Source: Candidatus Buchananbacteria bacterium
GTDB taxonomy: Bacteria; Patescibacteriota; Patescibacteriia; CAIXNZ01
Reading direction: 5' to 3'
NCBI GenBank assembly: GCA_014729025.1
Contig: WJKP01000017.1
Span: forward strand, 1-51,344
DNA length: 51,344 nt
Positions within the stretch are counted from its first letter, which is position 1. The number at the start of each line of letters is the position of its first letter. Position numbers and translations under genes: made by a program. The notes below the pieces were generated by a model. It did not search any database, was not told the origin of the DNA, and worked only from the letters and a program-made list of their open reading frames with translations. This document shows, piece after piece, positions 33,921 through 44,412 of this stretch.

Positions 33921-34112
33921 TTACACATGCAAGCGTTTTTCACATTCCGGACAATGATATTTTGGCTTAACTAAGTCATAAATCATTAAAATCACCCAGC
34001 CAACCCCCAAAGTAATAAACCCTAAAATTGTCAGTAAAACCCTGACTTTTAAACTGCGACCGTGCTTAGGCTTGACTTGCTTGCCGCATTTTGGACATTT
34101 TATTTTTTTCAT
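33921..34112 (-). CDS. 63-aa membrane protein with split zinc ribbon
   Basis: CPKCGK ... TM helix ... CPECEK. Confidence 0.55.
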   Translation of the reverse strand: MKKIKCPKCGKQVKPKHGRSLKVRVLLTILGFITLGVGWVILMIYDLVKPKYHCPECEKRLHV

Positions 34113-34121
34113 TTTATTATT

Positions 34122-34730
34122 TTAATATTCAAAAAAATCAATTTTAAAAACGGCTTGATCATTTAATTCATAATTTCGCCAGGAACAATATTTATATAAA
34201 CTAATATCCTTGACTAAACCTGCTTTAAGCGGATTTGTATGTATATAATCTAATTTTTCTTGAAATTTTTTATTAGAATAAATATTGAAATCATAGAAAC
34301 CAGGCTGCCAGATTCTATATTTCAAACCTCTATTGTGATTATTGTTTTCCTTGCGGAGCTTTTGTTCCATATTGGATCTCTTCCTACGAGTAGAATGGAG
34401 CATCTGCTCCATTCGGGAATTATCTGCCAAGAGCAGATGCTCATGGCTACCCAATGACGTGTATAAATCTATTATCCTTCTGGCGGTAGCTCCCTTTAAC
34501 CTTTGAACAATATTTGAAATAGTTAAATTTTTATCTTCAAAATAAATTAAAGCGTGAAAATGATCCGGCATTATTACGTAACCATATATTTTCAATGATA
34601 ATTTATTTCTATAAAAATTTAATTCTTCTAAAAATAACTGACAACATTTATCATCTTTAAAATAATTTTTATTATTAAATGTACGAAAAGTTACAAAATG
34701 AATGTCACCTACTGAATTAAATTTTTTCAT
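34122..34730 (-). CDS. RAYT-like HUH-Y1 transposase homologue with ~45-aa internal insertion
   Basis: HUH MPDHFHALI; YRIWQPGFYD; catalytic-Tyr block LDYIHTNPLKAGLV; no REP hairpins seen nearby. Confidence 0.75.
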   Translation of the reverse strand: MKKFNSVGDIHFVTFRTFNNKNYFKDDKCCQLFLEELNFYRNKLSLKIYGYVIMPDHFHALIYFEDKNLTISNIVQRLKGATARRIIDLYTSLGSHEHLLLADNSRMEQMLHSTRRKRSNMEQKLRKENNNHNRGLKYRIWQPGFYDFNIYSNKKFQEKLDYIHTNPLKAGLVKDISLYKYCSWRNYELNDQAVFKIDFFEY

Positions 34731-34737
34731 ATCCCGC

Positions 34738-36186
34738 TTATTTTATCTCATGTATCTTGATCCAATTAACAGTACCGCTCTGCCCCAAAGGAAAGCCGGA
34801 AACAATAATAATTATATTTTTTTTATTAACCCATTTTTTATCTTTGATATAAGCCAAAGCTTTATCAGTCAATTCTTCAATTGTTTTACATTTAGGCAAA
34901 ACAAACGGGACAACTCCCCAACTCAGATTTAATTGTCGTCTGACTTTTTGATTATTGGTTGAGACCAAAATCGGCAGTTCCGGGCGGTAACGCGAAATAA
35001 TCCTGCCGGTATAACCGGTAATAGTGGCCACCAAAATAGCTTTAGGATTTAAATTTTTTACCAGCAAATTAGCACTGGAAGAAATCGCATCATCAACTTT
35101 TAATTTACTTTTAAACATTTTACGAAATTCCAAATCATCATATTTTGATTTTTCCGTACGTAAAATAATCTTGGTCATTGTTTTGACTGAAACAACAGGA
35201 TACTTACCATTGGCTGTTTCACCTGACAGCATAACGGCATCAGCGTGATCAATTACTGCATTAGCTACATCAGAAACTTCGGCTCTGGTCGGCCGCGGAT
35301 TAACAATCATGGAATCAAGCATTTGCGTAGCCACAATCACTGGCTTGGCTTGATCCATGCATTTATCAATAATTCTTTTTTGCACCAACGGCACTTTGTC
35401 AGCGGCCATTTCAATACCCAAATCTCCTCGGGCTACCATGACACCGTCCGTAGCCTGTAAAATTTTATCAAAATTTTTAACTGCTTCTGGTTTTTCTATT
35501 TTAACAACCACTTGAATCGGGAAAGTTTCTTTCTTCTGGTATTTTTTTTCTGATTTTTTAATTAATTTTTTCAAATCATTAACATCTTTTTCACTACGAA
35601 CAAATGACATAGCCACCATATCAACTTTATTTTTAATGCCAAATTGTAAATCTTTTTTATCTTTTTCCGTAATAGTCGGTATGGAAATATCAGTATCAGG
35701 CAAATTAATACCTTTATGTGAATTGACCATACCTGGTAAAATTACCCGACAGCTAATTTCCTTGTCTTTAACTTTTAAAACTTTGAGTTTAATCAACCCG
35801 TCTACCATTAAAATATTCTCGCCTTTCTTTACATCCAAATGCATTTTATTATAAGTCACTGGTATTTTATTGGGCTGATCTTTTTGCCACTTATATTTCT
35901 GGTCACTGGTTAAAATAACGGTTTGGCCTTTTTTTAACATTACGCCTTTATCCGCCAAATCACCGACCCTAATTCTAGGCCCCTGCAAATCCTGCAAAAT
36001 TGTAATTGGCTGATTTAATTTTTGGCTGATTTTTCTAATCAAACTAATGACTTTTTTATGCTCTTTATAAGCGCCATGAGAAAAATTAAGCCTGGCTACG
36101 TTCATGCCGGCTTTAATCATCTGAGTCAAAACTTGCTCAGAATCAGAAGAAGGGCCAATTGTACAAACTATTTTGGTGCGCTTCAT
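34738..36186 (-). CDS. pyk: pyruvate kinase
   Basis: MKRTKIVCTIGPSS...MNVARLNFSHG...MVARGDLGIE.. Confidence 0.95.
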   Translation of the reverse strand: MKRTKIVCTIGPSSDSEQVLTQMIKAGMNVARLNFSHGAYKEHKKVISLIRKISQKLNQPITILQDLQGPRIRVGDLADKGVMLKKGQTVILTSDQKYKWQKDQPNKIPVTYNKMHLDVKKGENILMVDGLIKLKVLKVKDKEISCRVILPGMVNSHKGINLPDTDISIPTITEKDKKDLQFGIKNKVDMVAMSFVRSEKDVNDLKKLIKKSEKKYQKKETFPIQVVVKIEKPEAVKNFDKILQATDGVMVARGDLGIEMAADKVPLVQKRIIDKCMDQAKPVIVATQMLDSMIVNPRPTRAEVSDVANAVIDHADAVMLSGETANGKYPVVSVKTMTKIILRTEKSKYDDLEFRKMFKSKLKVDDAISSSANLLVKNLNPKAILVATITGYTGRIISRYRPELPILVSTNNQKVRRQLNLSWGVVPFVLPKCKTIEELTDKALAYIKDKKWVNKKNIIIIVSGFPLGQSGTVNWIKIHEIK

Positions 36187-36435
36187 GAACTCACTAATTA
36201 ATACTAATTTAAACTAATTTAACGAATTTTTGTGTAAATTTTCTTTTTATCTCTAGAGGAGATTAGTTGAAAAATAAGGAGTATAAGAAAATAAGAACAG
36301 AGGATAAAAAGGAAAAAAAACTATTCATTTTCAGCCATTTGCCAGGCTATTAACTTTTTATGGCTACCGTATTTATATTTATTACTTGTCATATTTTCCT
36401 TTTTATCTTCTTCTGCCCCTTCTTCCTCTATATTC

Positions 36436-36777
36436 CTATATCTTTATTTTCTTCGCATAATCTGACAAATACGGCATTTCCCAATATTCACCTTGCAAAG
36501 CTTTTAAAATGCCTAAAATCATTAAAATTATCAAAGCAACCATACCAATAAAACCTAAAAGCCAGCCAATTATAGGGATTATGCCAATAAAAAAATTAAT
36601 TATCCAGCCAATTACCAAAACCAAGCCTTGTTTACCGTGAAATTTGGCAAATTCACTTTTAGGTTTTAAAAGCAAAGGAATTAAACATAAAATACCAATG
36701 TAGCCAATAGCTGCAACCACTCTATTTTCCGCAATATCTTTTTTGATTTGCGGATCAGAAAGATTGATTTTTACCAT
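36436..36777 (-). CDS. DUF4870-like small membrane protein
   Basis: AAIGYIGILCLIPLLLKPKSEFAKFHGKQGLVL pattern. Confidence 0.6.
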   Translation of the reverse strand: MVKINLSDPQIKKDIAENRVVAAIGYIGILCLIPLLLKPKSEFAKFHGKQGLVLVIGWIINFFIGIIPIIGWLLGFIGMVALIILMILGILKALQGEYWEMPYLSDYAKKIKI

Positions 36778-36882
36778 ACGATTAAATTTAATTTTTAAAT
36801 TTTAAAATTTATTTAATTATACCATAAAAATAATCATAAAAAAACAGGAACCTTTGGGTTCCTGATAAAACTTTTTTTTAAC

Positions 36883-37314
36883 TCAGATAAACTTACCGCA
36901 ACCGGCGCATTTCTCACCCTTACCGCCATAAACATAGGGTGCGTGACAAAAACGGCAACGGTTGTGATAAAAGCTTTCACACAGCGGGCATTTTCCCAAA
37001 TCAGGATGGACAATCACTTGATCATAACAAACCGGACAAGCTATTACAATAAATTTGGTCTGACATGACGAACATTGTTTGCTATCTGAAAAAATTTTAG
37101 TTTGACAAACTGGACATTGAATTTTTAATTTCGCCTTACCGCATTTAGGGCAATCGTGTCTGATACTATAAATATAAATATCTGCCTCACCTAAAATATC
37201 CTTACAGCGCGGGCAAATATGCCAAACTGCCTTACATTGATCACAGCTTATTTCTGTACAATCTTCTGAAAAATGCATTAAGCTCTTGCAATCAGGACAT
37301 TTTATTTCTGTCAT
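36883..37314 (-). CDS. 143-aa protein built of about five tandem zinc ribbons
   Basis: 10 CxxC motifs; ATG at 37314 preceded by GGAAAGGAGGCAAGAGGTA. Confidence 0.6.
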   Translation of the reverse strand: MTEIKCPDCKSLMHFSEDCTEISCDQCKAVWHICPRCKDILGEADIYIYSIRHDCPKCGKAKLKIQCPVCQTKIFSDSKQCSSCQTKFIVIACPVCYDQVIVHPDLGKCPLCESFYHNRCRFCHAPYVYGGKGEKCAGCGKFI

Positions 37315-37410
37315 TACCTCTTGCCTCCTTTCCCGCCAAAATTTCGAATAAGACAGGCTTTTTTTAAGATTTTTTAGTTTAGCAAATTTAATTATTATTA
37401 TCAATTAAAA

Positions 37411-37442
37411 AAATCCCGAGTCATAAAACCCGGGATTTTTTA
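37411..37442 (-). terminator. groESL terminator
   Basis: AAATCCCGGG-ttttatgact-CGGGATTT followed by T7 on the minus strand. Confidence 0.75.
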
Positions 37443-37473
37443 TATTTGAAAATTACAAATTGCAAATTGAACA

Positions 37474-39150
<1,677 letters not shown>

Positions 39151-39208
39151 TTAATTTATTAGTTAATTGGTTTATTTGTTTATTGGTAATTGGAATTTGA
39201 TTATTAAA

Positions 39209-39499
39209 TTATTCAATCACTGCCATTATATCTTCTTCTTTAATCATCATTAAATCTTCTTCCCCGGGGATTTCATCTGGCGCGTATTTTTTAAAAACAA
39301 CCTTATCACCGATTTTAACTGAAATCTGCGCCCTTTGACCGTTATCCAATAATTTTCCTTCACCAACCGCAACAATTTCACCTTTTTCAGGTTTTTCTTT
39401 ATCAACAGTATCAGGTAAAATAATACCGGCCTTGGTTGTTTCATCTTCAGTAATTGGTTTAACTAAAACATAATCATTTAAAGGTTTGTAGTTTGGCAT
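39209..39499 (-). CDS. groES: co-chaperonin GroES
   Basis: MPNYKPLNDYVLVKP...GIILPDT...GEIVAVGEG; ATG at 39499. Confidence 0.95.
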   Translation of the reverse strand: MPNYKPLNDYVLVKPITEDETTKAGIILPDTVDKEKPEKGEIVAVGEGKLLDNGQRAQISVKIGDKVVFKKYAPDEIPGEEDLMMIKEEDIMAVIE

Positions 39500-39579
39500 A
39501 ATAGTGTTTATTAGTTTATTAGTTAATTGTTTAATTAGTTTATTGGTAATTATAAATTGGTATAAATATTTTAAAACAT

Positions 39580-39606
39580 CTGGCACTCTAATGTCAAGAG
39601 TGCTAA
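39580..39606. promoter_or_regulatory. CIRCE operator (HrcA binding site)
   Basis: CTGGCACTC-N9-GAGTGCTAA against consensus TTAGCACTC-N9-GAGTGCTAA; about 80 nt upstream of groES; possible TTGACT -35 at 39653-39658 (minus). Confidence 0.8.
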
Positions 39607-39684
39607 AAATATTTAATTCTCTATTACCTTAGCTTAACAAAAAATTTATAAAAGTCAAGAGTTATTTTTAGTTTAAAAATATAA

Positions 39685-39728
39685 AAACCCCTTTAGTCGA
39701 ATGAACTTAAGGGGTTTATTTTTTTTGA
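39685..39728. terminator. terminator after the aspC-tyrA-pheA cluster
   Basis: AAACCCCTT..(14 nt)..AAGGGGTTT with flanking A/T runs. Confidence 0.65.
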
Positions 39729-39730
39729 AG

Positions 39731-40888
39731 TTATTTGATCCAAAAATTTTTTAAACGCTGCAAACCCTCTGACAATTGCTGTTCAGAAGCCGCATAGCTT
39801 AAGCGAACCCAGCCAGGATAACCAAACGCTTGACCCGGTACTAAAGCCAGTTTTTCTTTTTTCAATAAATCCTGGCAAAAAATCGTGCAATCAGTACCTT
39901 CAGCTAATTTGAAAAAAACATAAAAAGCGCCCTCGGGCTGAAAATACTTTTTGCCTGACTGTTTAAAAAACGGTCTGATAATCGTATTAAGTCGATGTTC
40001 GTAAGACTTGCGCATTTCTTCAACTTCCAGCTTGGCCTTTTTCAATGCTGCTTCAGCAGCTACCTGGCTGATTGAACAAGGACAGCCAATTACTTGTGAC
40101 TGAATTTGCGCCATTTTTCCAATAATCCACTGATTACCCCAGATAAAACCTATCCGGTAGCCGGTCATGGCAAACGCTTTGGAAGCACCATTAATAATAA
40201 CGGTTTTTTCTTTCAACTGATCATTTAAGCTGGCAATACTGACATGACGATTACTGCCATAAACCAAATTGGCATAAATCTCGTCAGAGATCAGCCAGAT
40301 ATTTTTATCAGTAAAAATTTCTTCCAAAATAGCCAGATCCTGCGGAGAAAAAACATAACCAGCCGGATTATTAGGCGAATTAAGAATAATTGCCTTGGTT
40401 TTGTCAGTGATTAGCTTTTCCAGCAAATACTGATTACTATCTTTGGCTGATAATTTTTTATAATCAAAAAAGACAGGAACACCACCACATAATTCAACCA
40501 TGGCCGGGTAACTTGTCCAGTAAGGCGTTAAAATAATCACCTCATCACCCGGATTGATCGTGGCAAATAAAGGCCAAAAACAAGCGACTTTGCCGCCACT
40601 TGTTACCATGACATTTTTAGCACTACTGCCATAATCCAACTGCAGATTAAAAAAATCTGCGACCTTTTGCAGTAAACTGGCCTGACCTTTGGCCTGGGTA
40701 TACTTTGTTTTTCCGGTTAAAGCAGCCTGGCAAGTTGCCAGTAAAATAGATTCTGGCGGACTAAAATCCGGCTCACCTGCTGTCAGATTAATTACAGCTT
40801 CACCAGCCGCAACCATGGCTTTAGCTTGGGCATCAAGCTCCATAGTGGCTGACGGCTTTAAATTTTTAAGTCGATCTGCAATTTGCAT
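39731..40888 (-). CDS. class I/II PLP-dependent aminotransferase (aspartate/aromatic type)
   Basis: NSPNNPAGYVF; PLP-Lys block GASKAFAMTGYRIGF; perfect SD. Confidence 0.85.
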   Translation of the reverse strand: MQIADRLKNLKPSATMELDAQAKAMVAAGEAVINLTAGEPDFSPPESILLATCQAALTGKTKYTQAKGQASLLQKVADFFNLQLDYGSSAKNVMVTSGGKVACFWPLFATINPGDEVIILTPYWTSYPAMVELCGGVPVFFDYKKLSAKDSNQYLLEKLITDKTKAIILNSPNNPAGYVFSPQDLAILEEIFTDKNIWLISDEIYANLVYGSNRHVSIASLNDQLKEKTVIINGASKAFAMTGYRIGFIWGNQWIIGKMAQIQSQVIGCPCSISQVAAEAALKKAKLEVEEMRKSYEHRLNTIIRPFFKQSGKKYFQPEGAFYVFFKLAEGTDCTIFCQDLLKKEKLALVPGQAFGYPGWVRLSYAASEQQLSEGLQRLKNFWIK

Positions 40889-40908
40889 AGCTACCTCCTT
40901 TCAAAGTG

Positions 40909-41634
40909 CTATTTTATTTTTTTATTTACCTTTTTCAATGATTTGATAAACTTTTGGCGAATTTCTTTAGTATAAGGATTGTATTTTTGCATGTCAAGAA
41001 AAAGCTGCCAAGAATCATTAGTCACTGTTTCATTAACTTTTAAAAGCCGCTCATAGCCTAAACTGGTAATTTGCTGTTTTGCTATTCCAAATTCCTGCAA
41101 CCCCCGGCCAATAAAATGAACTAAAGCCAAAGAAACCGCTGCTTGCTGATCATGATCAGCCGGTGAAGTTTCAATTATTTTAACTTCAAGTTTATTTAAA
41201 ATATCTTTAACTTTTTCTAAAGTTGAAGCACTAATTCTCAAGGGGCATAAAACCCATTGTAAATCTTTGGTGCCGTTTTGGGCTGAATCAGGCCCAAACA
41301 TGGGATGAGTGGCCATGATTTCATTTTTATTGTCGATATTTTCTTTTAGCCATTTGGCTGGCAAAACTTTGACAGAACAAACATCCATAACCAAAGCACC
41401 CTTTTTTAATAAAGGCGCTATTTTTTTAATCATTGCTTCAGTTACTGAAATGGCCACAGCCACAAAAACCCAGTCAGCCTGACAAACTTCTTCTAAACTG
41501 GTAAACTTAACTCCCAGTTGCTTGGCTTCTTTAGATTTGTCTGAGCGATTATAAGCAAGAACCTCGGCATGAGGTTTTAAAATTTTGGCTAAAAGTTGTC
41601 CGAACCGGGAGAACCCGATAATACCGATAGTCAT
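40909..41634 (-). CDS. tyrA: prephenate/arogenate dehydrogenase
   Basis: N-terminal Rossmann IGIIGFSRFGQ; MATHPMFGPDS. Confidence 0.75.
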   Translation of the reverse strand: MTIGIIGFSRFGQLLAKILKPHAEVLAYNRSDKSKEAKQLGVKFTSLEEVCQADWVFVAVAISVTEAMIKKIAPLLKKGALVMDVCSVKVLPAKWLKENIDNKNEIMATHPMFGPDSAQNGTKDLQWVLCPLRISASTLEKVKDILNKLEVKIIETSPADHDQQAAVSLALVHFIGRGLQEFGIAKQQITSLGYERLLKVNETVTNDSWQLFLDMQKYNPYTKEIRQKFIKSLKKVNKKIK

Positions 41635-41709
41635 ATTTTTATTTCGGGTATAAAAGGCTTTTATGCCTTTTCACGCCAAAACATAAAAGCTTTGGCTACC
41701 CTGCTTTAA

Positions 41710-42285
41710 TTACTTTTTTGTCACTGCCAAAAAAGTCGTAAAATTAAACTTTAAATCTTGAATTCCTTCTTCCATAACTTCCATATCATACAGTTTGGCA
41801 GCTGCCTTGGGCGCAATAGCCGCAGTATCAGTACTCAAATTACCTTCTTTAATGTCTTTAACCGCTTTGGCCGTATCCTGCCATTGAATAATTTCGGCCT
41901 TAGGCCAAACTCGTTTCAAATACATTTTGCATTGTTTTAAAGCCTGGTCATGCGAAGCGATTTTTTTAATATCTTCAAGTTTAGTATCTGGTTTTACAAT
42001 TAAATTATGCTTGATATCAATTTCAAACATGTTTTCAATATTAAAAACATGATTAGCCATTGCCTGAACAGCCTCAATCACAACACCGCCATTGGAATTT
42101 TCAATAGGGAAAATCCCCATGGTTATTTCTTCATTATCCAAAGAGTTTAAAACATTTTCAACTGAGACCAAATATTTTAATTCAAAGTCAGGCACATCGT
42201 TTTTATAACAATAATATTCAGCTGCTTCTTCTGAAAACGAGCCTTTATCTCCGGAAACACCGATGATTTGTTTACTGTTAGTCAT
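41710..42285 (-). CDS. pheA: prephenate dehydratase, catalytic PDT domain only (no ACT domain)
   Basis: GDKGSFSEEAA; FPIENSNGGVV; SHDQALKQC; NFTTFLAV; only 191 aa. Confidence 0.8.
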   Translation of the reverse strand: MTNSKQIIGVSGDKGSFSEEAAEYYCYKNDVPDFELKYLVSVENVLNSLDNEEITMGIFPIENSNGGVVIEAVQAMANHVFNIENMFEIDIKHNLIVKPDTKLEDIKKIASHDQALKQCKMYLKRVWPKAEIIQWQDTAKAVKDIKEGNLSTDTAAIAPKAAAKLYDMEVMEEGIQDLKFNFTTFLAVTKK

Positions 42286-42378
42286 ATTAATATAAAATTA
42301 AGAATTAAACATTAAATTCAATTTATAAAAAATTAAGTCAAAAGTCAAAATGAAACTATTTAAACAATTAAAATTAAG

Positions 42379-43767
42379 CTATTTCATTAAACTAACCTGC
42401 TTTAACCATAAACCCAGTATTAGCCACCATAAAATAATACCAAAATATAAAGTCCAAATATAATGATCAAAAAACATTACTACCAAAAGCATGAAAAATA
42501 TTGCTGAAAGTCCCAAAAACCAATAAAATCTGCGCTGATAAAAATAATAAATCGTGGTAAATTTAAAAAGCTTAAAAACATTTATTAATTTTAACTGTTC
42601 TTTAATTTTAAAATGCCAAAGCTTATGAAAAACCTCAATAACCAGCAAAACAAATATTAAAAAACCAATCACGCCAATTTCCGTAGCCATTAGAATAAAA
42701 ACATTATGAACCGGCTGATAAGCCCAAACCACCTGATCCTGACCCGACTGAGAGTATAAAGCCAAAGTATAATTACCAAGCCCAACTCCTTTTAACCAAT
42801 TTGATTCCAATAAACTTTTGGCCTCTTCAAAATACAGGGCCCGTTCAGTATAAGATTGCTGTTCCAAACGAGTCTCGCCTTGCAACCGGGTTATCAAAGG
42901 ATCTTGGTAAATCAAAATCAAAAAACCAAAAACAACCAAAATCACAAAAAGTATATGAATTAAAATAAATTTAGTTTTCTGATCCTGACTTAAAAAAACA
43001 AAAATAAAAATAAAAGCCAAACCAAACAAAAAAGCCAAAATACCGCTTTTAGAAAAAGTAAAAAAAAGCCCGCTTAATAAAATCGGCAAAAATGCCCAGA
43101 GTAAAACACTACTTTTTTGTTTATTGCTTAAAATTATTAAAACAATTAAAACTATTAAACAAATGGCCAAAAAACCGGCTAAAACATTGGGGTGCGGTAA
43201 GGCTCCATAAGCTCTGAGCCAACGCAAGCCGTCTGATTCAACGACCGAAACCCCGCCGTTGCCACTCAATTGTTCTGCCAGGCCCAGCCATTTACTGGCC
43301 CAGATTTTTTGAGTTAAAAATTGATAAATTGCCAAAATTGATTGAAACATACCAGCTAAAACTATTGCCCATCCTAATTTTTTATAAGAAAATTTAAAAT
43401 TAATAATAAACAGCAAAATTGCAAAACCTTCTAAAAATTTTATTAAATAATAAAAAGCAACTTGTGTATTTTGAGCAAAAAATAAGATTAAAATACTGAC
43501 AATAAAAAATAAAATAATTAAAATATAAAAATTCAAAATTTTTAAGTTTAAAAAATTGATTTCTTCATCAGGATTTTTTAAACGATAATATAAAGTTAAA
43601 GCCAATAAAATAAAAAGTATAATTTCCGTACCATATAAAGAAAAACTTAAATACTGACTGGTTCCTTCAGCCAATTGCCCGTAATGCCAAATCCACCTGG
43701 TTTGCCAGGGTAAAAGAAATACAAAAGCATAAAATAAATATTCAATTATTTTGGCTAGTTTATTCAT
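42379..43767 (-). CDS. O-antigen ligase/polymerase-like (Wzy_C) polytopic membrane protein
   Basis: More than 10 TM helices with a central periplasmic-type loop (RWLRAYGALPHPNVLAGF); ATG at 43767 avoids overlapping the divergent promoter. Confidence 0.6.
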   Translation of the reverse strand: MNKLAKIIEYLFYAFVFLLPWQTRWIWHYGQLAEGTSQYLSFSLYGTEIILFILLALTLYYRLKNPDEEINFLNLKILNFYILIILFFIVSILILFFAQNTQVAFYYLIKFLEGFAILLFIINFKFSYKKLGWAIVLAGMFQSILAIYQFLTQKIWASKWLGLAEQLSGNGGVSVVESDGLRWLRAYGALPHPNVLAGFLAICLIVLIVLIILSNKQKSSVLLWAFLPILLSGLFFTFSKSGILAFLFGLAFIFIFVFLSQDQKTKFILIHILFVILVVFGFLILIYQDPLITRLQGETRLEQQSYTERALYFEEAKSLLESNWLKGVGLGNYTLALYSQSGQDQVVWAYQPVHNVFILMATEIGVIGFLIFVLLVIEVFHKLWHFKIKEQLKLINVFKLFKFTTIYYFYQRRFYWFLGLSAIFFMLLVVMFFDHYIWTLYFGIILWWLILGLWLKQVSLMK

Positions 43768-43810
43768 AACTTTATTATAGCCTAATAATTTAATAAAACA
43801 CAAAGCCGGC

Positions 43811-43839
43811 TTGACAAATTTCTTGAAATAATTTAATAT
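43811..43839 (+). promoter_or_regulatory. promoter TTGACA-N17-TAATAT
   Basis: TTGACA 43811-43816, TAATAT 43834-43839. Confidence 0.6.
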
Positions 43840-43869
43840 CATATAAAGTATTTTTTAAGGAGGCAAATC

Positions 43870-44355
43870 ATGGAGAAAAAAACAGTAGAAGAGGAACCAA
43901 TGGTAAAAACAGTAGATGCGGAAACAAGGGTGAAAACAGTAAGTTTTGAGGTTTATTTTTTAGGAGAAAATTCATTAAGCGGTAATTATTTATTAGTTGA
44001 AGCTTTAGAGAATAAACTTGGAATTTCTATAACGTCTGACACTTTTTATGACGAAGCGGAAATAACAAAAGAAGATCATTCTAATTTAAAATGTCTCATC
44101 CTTTGCTTTGAGCTAACTAATAAGCAAAACTCCATGGAAAAAACATATAATGCTTGGAGATCGTTTTTCCCTGATATTCCGATAATCATAATCCCGGCTG
44201 ACGAGAATTTAGATTATAATTTTATCGACCCAAAAACTTTTTTGGTGTCAAACTGCTTGTCAGATAAAAAAGAATTTTTAAATATTATGAAAGGCAAAAA
44301 ACGGACAAGTAATTTTGAGAAACTGTGTAGCTTAATACAACAATTCACTAAATAA
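43870..44355 (+). CDS. hypothetical protein
   Basis: 161 aa; SD TAAGGAGGC; no family recognised. Confidence 0.55.
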   Translation: MEKKTVEEEPMVKTVDAETRVKTVSFEVYFLGENSLSGNYLLVEALENKLGISITSDTFYDEAEITKEDHSNLKCLILCFELTNKQNSMEKTYNAWRSFFPDIPIIIIPADENLDYNFIDPKTFLVSNCLSDKKEFLNIMKGKKRTSNFEKLCSLIQQFTK

Positions 44356-44382
44356 AATTAGTATCTCCAGTTAAAAAATTTA

Positions 44383-44412
44383 ACGGGTCAGTATCGCTGA
44401 CCTGTTTTTTTT
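44383..44412 (+). terminator. rho-independent terminator
   Basis: ACGGGTCAG-tatcg-CTGACCTGT followed by T8. Confidence 0.8.

Noticed and set aside
36360-36551. 63-aa plus-strand ORF downstream of the SD-like polypurine tract
   Set aside because: Its 3' two-thirds overlaps the convincing minus-strand DUF4870 gene. The Phe/Ile/Leu-rich translation is a pyrimidine-tract artefact, and the purine tract lies more than 40 nt from the ATG.
41640-41705. The pheA-tyrA spacer hairpin (GCTTTTATG...CATAAAAGC) as a degenerate REP copy
   Set aside because: It shares only the ATAAAAGCTTT word with the REP units. It lacks the CCAGGAYTG and TAATCC flanks, so the similarity is too short to separate from AT-rich background.
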